The notes below the pieces were generated by a model, which was not told where the DNA came from, searched no databases, and was given only the letters and a program-made list of their open reading frames with translations. From the sequence record SRR20825006_1074: a DNA stretch of 27,013 nt; one strand, written 5' to 3'. Each line of letters opens with the position of its first letter. Position 1 is the first letter of the stretch. Positions 20,699 through 27,013 of the stretch are shown here, piece by piece. The position numbers and the translations under genes are program-made.

Positions 20699-21952
20699 AT
20701 GTCCACCGCACGCACACCACTTCTCACCCCCGTCCTTTTGGCTGGGTGTATCGTCATCATCGTCAGCTTCGCGATCCGAGCCTCCTTTGGTGTGTTTCAG
20801 ATCCCGATTGCCACCGAGTTCAACTGGCCCCGGTCGGAATTTTCCTTGGCCATTGCGTTGCAAAACCTGTTTTGGGGCATCGGACAGCCAATTTTCGGCG
20901 CTTTGGCCGAACGAATTGGCGATCGAAAAGCCATCATCCTTGGCGCCTTGACCTATGCTGCGGGGCTTGTGCTGTCGTCATTCGCGGTCACACCTGAGGC
21001 ACATCAGCTCTACGAAGTGCTTGTCGGGTTTGGCATCGCGGGCACAGGGTTTGGCGTGATCCTGGCGGTCGTGGGCCGGGCGTCTTCGGATGAAAACCGG
21101 TCGATGTCCTTGGCCATTGCCACGGCGGCGGGTTCGGCCGGACAGGTGTTTGGCGCGCCTTTGGCGGAATGGCTTTTGGGCATGATGGCATGGCAGAACG
21201 TATTCATCCTCTTCGCCGCTGCGATCTTACTCACGCTCTTGGCGCTGCCCCTGATGCGCTCGCCACACGTGGCAAGCAAAGCAGAATTGGAAGAGAGCCT
21301 TGGCGCGATCCTTGGCAAAGCCTTCCGCGACCCAAGCTACACGTTGATCTTTTTGGGCTTCTTCTCCTGTGGCTATCAGCTTGCCTTTATCACCGCGCAT
21401 TTCCCTGCGCTGGTGACCGAGATGTGCGGCGCGATTGACCCGTCGGGCACGCTCGCATCTCTGGGCGTGACCTCTACCTCGGCTTTGGGCGCCGTGTCGA
21501 TCTCGCTCATCGGCTTGGCCAATATCTGTGGCACACTGTTCGCTGGATACCTCGGCAAACGCTATTCAAAAAAGTATTTGCTGACCGGGATTTACATTGG
21601 CCGGACCTTGGCCGCTGCCGCCTTTATTGCCTTCCCGATCACGCCAACATCCGTGTTGGTCTTCTCTGTCGTCATGGGCGCGCTGTGGTTGGCCACGGTA
21701 CCTCTGACCTCCGGCCTTGTCGCCCATATTTACGGGCTGCGTTACATGGGAACGCTCTACGGCATCGTGTTCTTTTCTCACCAACTCGGCGCGTTTCTTG
21801 GTGTTTGGCTGGGCGGACGGCTTTATGACGTCTACGGCAATTACACCGCCGTCTGGTGGGTTGGCGTTGGTATCGGGGCGTTTTCCGCCATCGTGCATTT
21901 GCCGATCAAAGAGGTGCCTCTGGGCAAACGCGTGGCAAACGCTTTGGCTTAA
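20699..21952 (+). CDS. MFS transporter
   Basis: About 12 TM segments, motif A G.LAERIGDRK, GFFSCGYQ and SHQLGAFLG. ATG 20699 with AAGGAG RBS. Confidence 0.92.
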   Translation: MSTARTPLLTPVLLAGCIVIIVSFAIRASFGVFQIPIATEFNWPRSEFSLAIALQNLFWGIGQPIFGALAERIGDRKAIILGALTYAAGLVLSSFAVTPEAHQLYEVLVGFGIAGTGFGVILAVVGRASSDENRSMSLAIATAAGSAGQVFGAPLAEWLLGMMAWQNVFILFAAAILLTLLALPLMRSPHVASKAELEESLGAILGKAFRDPSYTLIFLGFFSCGYQLAFITAHFPALVTEMCGAIDPSGTLASLGVTSTSALGAVSISLIGLANICGTLFAGYLGKRYSKKYLLTGIYIGRTLAAAAFIAFPITPTSVLVFSVVMGALWLATVPLTSGLVAHIYGLRYMGTLYGIVFFSHQLGAFLGVWLGGRLYDVYGNYTAVWWVGVGIGAFSAIVHLPIKEVPLGKRVANALA

Positions 21953-22581
21953 AACCCTGCGGCGCTGAGGTCTTTCGCCGTCAAAAGCCCCTCAGACACA
22001 ACACGATCGGCCCAGCCCCTTGGCCCGTCAAACAGATGCGTCTGCCAGCCTCGGCTGGCGGCCATATCAAGGTTTTCAAGGCGGTCGTCGGTGAACAAAA
22101 GCGCCTTTGGTGCGATGTGGCAGTCCGCTTCGACCATCTCGAAGATCAAAGAATGCGGTTTGACACAGCCCATGCGGCCAGAGACGTAACGGCGGTCAAA
22201 CTCCATCAAAAACGGGTATTTCGTTTCGGCAAATTCGAAACTTTCAATGCCAAAATTGGTCAGAGCAAAAACCGGAATGCCCTTGGCCCGCAAAGCGCGT
22301 AAAATCGCGACAGAGCCGGGAATGGCGGGAGCGGCCATCTTGATCCAGTCGAAATACCACATCAGGATTTCGTCTTTGAATTCAGGGTAGTGATCCGCCG
22401 TTGCCGCAATCGTTTCGCGAAAATTTGCGCCCTGATCGACACGATCGTTCATCGCGTGCAAATCAACGGTTTCAAACATCTCGCGACGGCGCGCTTCGCC
22501 GATCACCGCGTCGTAATGGCGCTCCGGCTGCCATTCGATCAACACGTTGCCAATGTCAAAAATCACCGCGTCTATGGTCAT
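21949..22581 (-). CDS. HAD family phosphatase
   Basis: IFDIGNVL motif I, LTNF, KP and FTDD..EN. Confidence 0.9.
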   Translation of the reverse strand: MTIDAVIFDIGNVLIEWQPERHYDAVIGEARRREMFETVDLHAMNDRVDQGANFRETIAATADHYPEFKDEILMWYFDWIKMAAPAIPGSVAILRALRAKGIPVFALTNFGIESFEFAETKYPFLMEFDRRYVSGRMGCVKPHSLIFEMVEADCHIAPKALLFTDDRLENLDMAASRGWQTHLFDGPRGWADRVVSEGLLTAKDLSAAGF

Positions 22582-23036
22582 AGGGCATCCCTTTTTGCGC
22601 CTTGCACCGCGCGTTCCAAAGCATCCAAAAACCGCGAACGATCCGCCTTTGAAAATGGTTTTCCGCCGCCTTGGCGGAACGGGTCCGCCGCGCGCAAATC
22701 ATACATCAAATCGCGGGTCGCCAACGCGTTGCCTATGTTCGCGGGCGTAAACGCCTCGCCGTCATGTTTGATCACCCGCGCACCCGCTTCGACCGCTTTG
22801 GCCGCCAAGGGAATGTCACCCGTGACCACCACATCACCGACACGCGCACGCTCCGCAATCCACATGTCAGCCACATCCGGGCCATCGGGAACGATGACCA
22901 ACTCGACATAGGGATTGGGCGAGGGCCGCAGCCCGCCGTTGCAGACAAAGAGACAGGGAATTTGGTGCCGGGTGGCGACTTTTTCGGCCTCGGCTTTGAC
23001 TGGACAGGCATCGGCATCAATGTAGATTTTGGTCAC
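22578..23036 (-). CDS. YaiI/YqxD (DUF188) family protein
   Basis: [28 protein letters not shown] and [14 protein letters not shown]. Confidence 0.92.
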   Translation of the reverse strand: MTKIYIDADACPVKAEAEKVATRHQIPCLFVCNGGLRPSPNPYVELVIVPDGPDVADMWIAERARVGDVVVTGDIPLAAKAVEAGARVIKHDGEAFTPANIGNALATRDLMYDLRAADPFRQGGGKPFSKADRSRFLDALERAVQGAKRDAL

Positions 23037-23075
23037 AGATGCCTCCGAGGCGCTGGCTTACAGGTCAAATCTGCA

Positions 23076-24053
23076 TCAACCGCCGCCGATCAATGCCCCC
23101 GCAGCGAACACCAGCGCGCCGCCAAGCACAACCTGAAAAGCCGCCCGCAAGAAGGGTGTTTCCATGAATTTGTTTTGAATCCACGCAATGGCCCACAGCT
23201 CGATAAAGACCACGATGAAGGCGATGATCGTTGCAGTCCAGAAGTCGGTGATCAGATAGGGCAGCGCGTGCCCCAAACCGCCGACCATCGTCATGATGCC
23301 CGAGGCAAAGCCGCGTTTGATCGGAGAGCCACGTCCCGAGATCACGCCATCGTCATGCGCGGCCTCGGTGAAGCCCATGGAAATCCCTGCGCCCACAGAG
23401 GCGGCAAGGCCGACAAGAAAGGTGGTGTGGGTGTTTTGGGTGGCAAAGGCGGTGGCGAAAATCGGCGCAAGGGTCGAGACCGAGCCATCCATGAGGCCCG
23501 CGAGGCCGGGTTGCACCCATGTCAGCACGAATTGACGATGCGCGGCCTTGTCTTCGGCCTCGCGCTCGTCTCCATCGAGGAACTCTTTCTCCAATTCCCC
23601 GGCTTTTTTGTCGTGCCCGGCCTCCGCGGCGGCCAGATGTCCCAAAAGTGCGCGGGTGTCGGCATCTGTGGTGCGCGCGGCGGCTTTGAGGTAAAATTCT
23701 TCGGCGCCACGTTCCATCGCCTGCGCTTCGGACCGCATCCGCTCAAGCCCGAGATTTTCGATCAACCACACCGGATTGCGCGCATAATAGCCCGAAACAT
23801 GCTCGCGCCGGATCAACGGAATAACAGTCCCGAACCGTCTTTTATGCAGTTCAATCAAAGAGGTGCGGTGGCCGTCTTCCTCTTTTGCCATCGCCTCGAA
23901 CACAGCCGCACTGCTGGGGAATTCTTCGCGTAAACGTTCGGCATACATGCGATAAATCTGCGCATCATCTTCCTCGGAAGAGATCGCAAGTGCGAGGATT
24001 TCCTGTTCCGTCAGATCAGAAAAGCGGCGGCGATTGGCAAAACCGGGGATCAT
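23076..24053 (-). CDS. mbfA: Membrane-bound ferritin / iron exporter MbfA
   Basis: N-terminal rubrerythrin-like di-iron domain (LAISSEE..Y, EEDGH, E..AEEFY, EAGH) fused to a VIT1/CCC1 domain (QPGLAGLMDGSVSTLAP, GAGISMG). Confidence 0.95.
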   Translation of the reverse strand: MIPGFANRRRFSDLTEQEILALAISSEEDDAQIYRMYAERLREEFPSSAAVFEAMAKEEDGHRTSLIELHKRRFGTVIPLIRREHVSGYYARNPVWLIENLGLERMRSEAQAMERGAEEFYLKAAARTTDADTRALLGHLAAAEAGHDKKAGELEKEFLDGDEREAEDKAAHRQFVLTWVQPGLAGLMDGSVSTLAPIFATAFATQNTHTTFLVGLAASVGAGISMGFTEAAHDDGVISGRGSPIKRGFASGIMTMVGGLGHALPYLITDFWTATIIAFIVVFIELWAIAWIQNKFMETPFLRAAFQVVLGGALVFAAGALIGGG

Positions 24054-24065
24054 TTGGGCCTCTCT

Positions 24066-24082
24066 TTTAGAATGGTTCTAAA
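24066..24082. promoter_or_regulatory. Iron control element (Irr box) upstream of mbfA
   Basis: TTTAGAA-TGG-TTCTAAA, a perfect match to the ICE consensus TTTAGAA-N3-TTCTAAA, 12 nt upstream of the mbfA ATG. mbfA is an established Irr target. Confidence 0.92.
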
Positions 24083-24199
24083 TTATGAAATTCACCGATG
24101 GTTCGCAAGCATCAATTTACTCTAGAGCGTTCGGCCATAAACTCGTGATTCAGGTTTATGGCGGAACCTGTTAAACTAAACTGTTGAGTTCAGAAATGC

Positions 24200-24228
24200 T
24201 TGCTCAACTGCACCGATCCGTTTAAATA
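24200..24228 (+). promoter_or_regulatory. Putative promoter of candidate sRNA 1
   Basis: (C)TTGCTC-N17-TAAATA, placing a transcription start near 24234. Confidence 0.5.
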
Positions 24229-24233
24229 TTGAT

Positions 24234-24308
24234 GTGGTCCGTGTGTTGTACGGCCTTCGATCGACATCCCTGTCGAGCACTGGGCAGGCCATAGGGCCTG
24301 CCTTTTTT
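24234..24308 (+). ncRNA. Candidate small RNA 1 (~75 nt, three hairpins) or tetR leader/attenuator
   Basis: Hairpin 24236-24255; hairpin UCGACA-UCCC-UGUCGA 24261-24276; terminator hairpin 24282-24303 with U-tract; upstream promoter. Confidence 0.6.
24282..24308 (+). terminator. Intrinsic terminator with no protein-coding gene upstream on the same strand
   Basis: GGCAGGCC-ATAG-GGCCTGCC-TTTTTT. Confidence 0.85.
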
Positions 24309-24407
24309 CTGTATCACTCCAGAACACGAAAGGGCAGTTTGTTTTCTTATTTCGTGATTCAGAAAACCCAAAAACCGCTCTACTATAACCAGACACGGAG
24401 GGGACCC

Positions 24408-25031
24408 ATGAGCGATACACATCCCGCGATAAAAAAGGGACGCAAATTCGATCAGGTTGTCGAAGGCGCGCGCATTGTGTTTCTACGCGACGGATTCGAG
24501 GGCGCATCAGTTGATGACATCGCCCGCGAGGCTGGCGTGTCCAAAGCCACGCTCTATAGTTATTTCCCTGACAAACGCGTGTTGTTTTTAGAAATCGCAG
24601 CCCAAGAAACCAGACGGCAGGCCGACGCGTTTGAAGAGCGCATGGACGAAAACCTTTCGCCTGACGCGCTTTTACCAAATGTCGGCCGCAAAATCCTTGA
24701 TTTCATCCTCTCGGATTTTGGTCAGGCGGTGTTTCGCATTGCGGTGTCGGAAAGTGACCGCTTCCCCGAATTGGGTCGCAAATATTATGAAAGCGGCCCG
24801 GCCTTGGTGACCAAGCGCTTGTCGCAATATCTTGCAAGCTGCACCGCACGCGGCGAATTGGCGATTGACGACATCGAACTGGCCGCCGAGCAATTTGCCG
24901 AATTGTGCAAGGTCCGCGTCCAATCCATGCGTCTGTTTCAGGCCTGTTGCGACATCGACGATTCTGAAAAGCAAAAGGTCATCGACGGCGCAGTTCACAT
25001 GTTTTTATGTTGCTATGGAGTACGCAAATGA
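24408..25031 (+). CDS. TetR/AcrR family transcriptional regulator
   Basis: HTH F..DGFEGASVDDIAREAGVSKATLYSYFPDK; C-terminal ES.RFPELGR..Y..GP. ATG 24408 with GGAGG RBS; possible own promoter TTCAGA-N17-TACTAT at 24358-24386. Confidence 0.93.
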   Translation: MSDTHPAIKKGRKFDQVVEGARIVFLRDGFEGASVDDIAREAGVSKATLYSYFPDKRVLFLEIAAQETRRQADAFEERMDENLSPDALLPNVGRKILDFILSDFGQAVFRIAVSESDRFPELGRKYYESGPALVTKRLSQYLASCTARGELAIDDIELAAEQFAELCKVRVQSMRLFQACCDIDDSEKQKVIDGAVHMFLCCYGVRK

Positions 25032-25321
25032 TCCGCCCCACAGTTGTTGCCCTCATCCTCGGTGCCTGCGCCCTGATCGGATGCAAAGAAGAGACACAAG
25101 AGCCCAATGGAGGTCCGGAACCTATGGCTGCGACAGAATGCGCTTTAGAGCTACTTACCCCCTTGATCGGGCAGGACAAATCCGCGCTTGACGCGTTTGA
25201 TCTTCCCGAAGGCACCCGCATCATCCCTCCGGGGCGCATGGTGACAATGGACTTCCGCCCGGAGCGCACGAATATTGATCTGGATGCAACGGGCCAGATC
25301 ATCCGCATTTGGTGCGGCTAA
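25028..25321 (+). CDS. Lipoprotein, peptidase inhibitor I78 family
   Basis: Lipobox ALIG-C; RIIPPG.MVTMDFRPERTNI..D..G.I..IWCG signature; ATGA overlap with tetR. Confidence 0.88.
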   Translation: MIRPTVVALILGACALIGCKEETQEPNGGPEPMAATECALELLTPLIGQDKSALDAFDLPEGTRIIPPGRMVTMDFRPERTNIDLDATGQIIRIWCG

Positions 25322-25352
25322 ACGCAACACATCAGCCAACGCAACGCCCCCT

Positions 25353-25386
25353 AAAGGAAAAGCCGAGACAGCAAGCTGCCTCGGCC
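25353..25386 (-). terminator. Intrinsic terminator of candidate sRNA 2 (may also stop tetR-I78 transcription)
   Basis: 11-bp stem with a G(CUUG)C tetraloop followed by UUUCCUUU on the minus strand. Confidence 0.7.
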
Positions 25387-25476
25387 TTACAAGTTGGTTT
25401 TGAGCGAGATCCCCGGAGTCACGAACTGGGTGGGGGCTGTTAAACCGTAACACCGGGGCAAAGCGTTCTCGCTCTG
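25358..25476 (-). ncRNA. Candidate small RNA 2 (~118 nt): long interrupted hairpin with C-rich loop plus terminator
   Basis: Minus-strand nested helices GAGCGAGA/UCUCGCUC, CCCCGG/CCGGGG and GUUACG/CGUGAC; loop containing CAGCCCCCACCCAG; then GGCCGAGGCAG-CUUG-CUGUCUCGGCU-UUU. G-U wobbles are valid only on the minus strand. Confidence 0.62.
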
Positions 25477-25629
25477 CCTAACGTTTTGCCCCAACACCTT
25501 GGCCAAAAAAGGGGTGAAACAAGAAAAGTCGCAGACCATTTCATGGCCGCAATAAGGCGACCGGGGGTGGCAGTCGATTGTGAAATGAGTTTCCTTGATT
25601 TCTGACAGATTTATGACCAAGCTCAGAAC

Positions 25630-25971
25630 ATGAATGCACCAACTCCCTTTCCCGGCCCCGCGCCTCAACACGACAGGGTCGCCTTTGATCGCCAGGAACT
25701 TGGCACGATCCTGGGACTGTATGGCCGGATGGTGGCCGCGGGCGAATGGCGCGATTATGGCATGTCGTTTCTCAAAGATGTCGCCGTATTTTCCGTGTTT
25801 CGACGCACCGCCGAACATCCGATCTACCGGATTGAGAAACGTCCAAAACTGCGCGGCAAACAAGGGATGTATTCGGTCATCGGCATGGATGGCCAGATTC
25901 TCAAACGCGGCGGCGATCTGCGCGCTGTGCTGCGGATTTTGGACCGCAAACTGATCCGCGCGGTCGAATAG
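25630..25971 (+). CDS. DUF2794 family protein
   Basis: FDRQEL..IL.LYGRMVAAGEWRDY, AVFSVFRRTAEHPIYRIEKRPKL and ILKRG.DL. Confidence 0.88.
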   Translation: MNAPTPFPGPAPQHDRVAFDRQELGTILGLYGRMVAAGEWRDYGMSFLKDVAVFSVFRRTAEHPIYRIEKRPKLRGKQGMYSVIGMDGQILKRGGDLRAVLRILDRKLIRAVE

Positions 25972-25978
25972 GCCCGCC

Positions 25979-26791
25979 TTACATCCGCCGATGCGCCGTG
26001 ACCGGCCCATCGCCCTGCGCCTCGATCCGTGCAATTGCCCGCAAGATCGGCTCATAGGCCACAGCCATGTGATGAGCATTGGCGTGAATCAGAACTTCGT
26101 CATCGACGCAAAGCGCCACATGGCCCTTCCACAACAAAAGATCGCCGCGCCTGTAGGGCGCTGAGGCGGGGGCGCCCATACTCATTTGCATATCGCTGTC
26201 ACCCGGGCAGTCGATACCACAGGCCAAAAACGCCGCCTGAACGAGACCCGAACAATCAATGCCAAAGGCGGAATTGCCGCCCCAAAGGTAAGGCGTCCCA
26301 AAGAACAGTTGCGCGACCGTGACAGGATCGGAAAAGGGTCGCTCGATCGGGCGGATATGCGGTTTCGGTACAAAAAACCCGCCCTCGATCTCCATAAATT
26401 TGCGCCGCTCATCCACCACCCGGATGCGCGCGCCGAAAGACAGGCTTGCCACCGCTTCGGATTTGAAATCATCGGTGGGATAAAGATGGGCAGCGCGCAC
26501 GGAAATCAGGTGGGTTGGCGTCATATTCGGCCCAAGATCGGCCTCAGCCACATAGCCCACATAGCCATCGCGCCGCGCGACGCCAAAGGCCCATCCGTCT
26601 CGGCGCTCCAGCACGTCAAACCCGTCGCCCCACAACACTTGTCGATCCCGCGCACCGTCGGGTGCGGTGCGCAAATCGGCAACAGGGACGCGGACGGTGG
26701 CGGGCTTTGCAAGCACTTCGCTCTGGCCTTGGCGGGCATATCCCGCAAGCGCCACTCGGGTATTGGCCGGAGTCAGGCGGCGATCCGTCAT
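25979..26791 (-). CDS. NlpC/P60 (C40) peptidase with N-terminal SH3-like domains
   Basis: PYLWGGNSAFGIDCSGLVQ, DSDMQ, GDLLLWKGHV and IHANAH catalytic motifs; DGYVGYV. Start ATG 26791 overlaps the upstream stop. Confidence 0.92.
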   Translation of the reverse strand: MTDRRLTPANTRVALAGYARQGQSEVLAKPATVRVPVADLRTAPDGARDRQVLWGDGFDVLERRDGWAFGVARRDGYVGYVAEADLGPNMTPTHLISVRAAHLYPTDDFKSEAVASLSFGARIRVVDERRKFMEIEGGFFVPKPHIRPIERPFSDPVTVAQLFFGTPYLWGGNSAFGIDCSGLVQAAFLACGIDCPGDSDMQMSMGAPASAPYRRGDLLLWKGHVALCVDDEVLIHANAHHMAVAYEPILRAIARIEAQGDGPVTAHRRM

Positions 26792-27012
26792 AGCGACAAA
26801 AGCTCCGGCAAAGCGGCCAAAAGCGCGCGTGCCCCTTGGCCAACGCCGCCTTTGGGACGCGCTGGCGCAGCCGTCGGGTTCCACCCATAGATGTCAAAAT
26901 GCATATACCGCGGAGACTCGGTCACGAAACGCCGCAAAAACAGCGCAGCAGTGATCGACCCGGCCATGCCACCCGAGGGGGCGTTGTCGAGATCGGCAAT
27001 CCCCGGCTCGAT
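26788..27012 (-). CDS. C-terminal fragment of an M17 leucyl aminopeptidase family protein (5' end outside window)
   Basis: Manual translation gives IEPGIADLDNAPSGGMAGSITAALFLRRFVTESPRYMHFDIYGWNPTAAPARPKGGVGQGARALLAALPELLSL*, with M17 motifs ADL.N, GSITAALFL and HFDI. Confidence 0.9.
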   Translation of the reverse strand: MEPGIADLDNAPSGGMAGSITAALFLRRFVTESPRYMHFDIYGWNPTAAPARPKGGVGQGARALLAALPELLSL

Positions 27013-27013
27013 C

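Noticed and set aside
24234-24407. 58-aa N-terminal extension of TetR from GTG 24234
   Set aside because: It crosses a strong terminator and has no RBS; ATG 24408 has GGAGG and gives a normal TetR length.
25490-25506. Sigma54-like TGGC-N7-TTGG upstream of sRNA 2 (minus strand)
   Set aside because: Lacks the invariant GC at -12, so it is not supportable.
25387-26079. 230-aa minus-strand ORF, and 25151-25453, that could explain the 25353-25386 terminator
   Set aside because: Antisense to DUF2794 or I78, no motifs or RBS; the nested RNA structure explains the region better.

Overview
Gene-dense, high-GC chromosomal window typical of an alphaproteobacterium of the Rhodobacterales (Roseobacter-like). 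The taxon is inferred from gene content and order, not from a search. It contains 29 CDSs, two of them cut by the window edges. They are mostly housekeeping or conserved: phhB, an MscS channel, peroxiredoxin, ferredoxin reductase-rsmD-HAD, an orphan TRAP DctP, map, sfsA, cinA-like/GNAT/OmpA, LysR, fadH, DUF6478, CPBP-accD-folC, an LLM oxidoreductase, zapE, MFS, HAD-YaiI-mbfA, TetR-I78 inhibitor, DUF2794, NlpC/P60 and an M17 aminopeptidase. I found no tRNA, rRNA, CRISPR, transposase, phage or defence genes. The most interesting part is non-coding, at 24.05-25.63 kb. It holds a perfect Irr/ICE box in front of mbfA and a three-hairpin ~75-nt candidate sRNA with its own promoter and terminator. 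It also holds three AAC(T/A)-N9-(A/C)GTT operator-like sites, a Cys-rich TetR coupled to an I78 lipoprotein, and a second ~118-nt minus-strand candidate sRNA with a C-rich loop. Together these look like a compact TetR/sRNA regulatory module that the ORF track does not show. Whether it is undescribed needs an Rfam and literature check.
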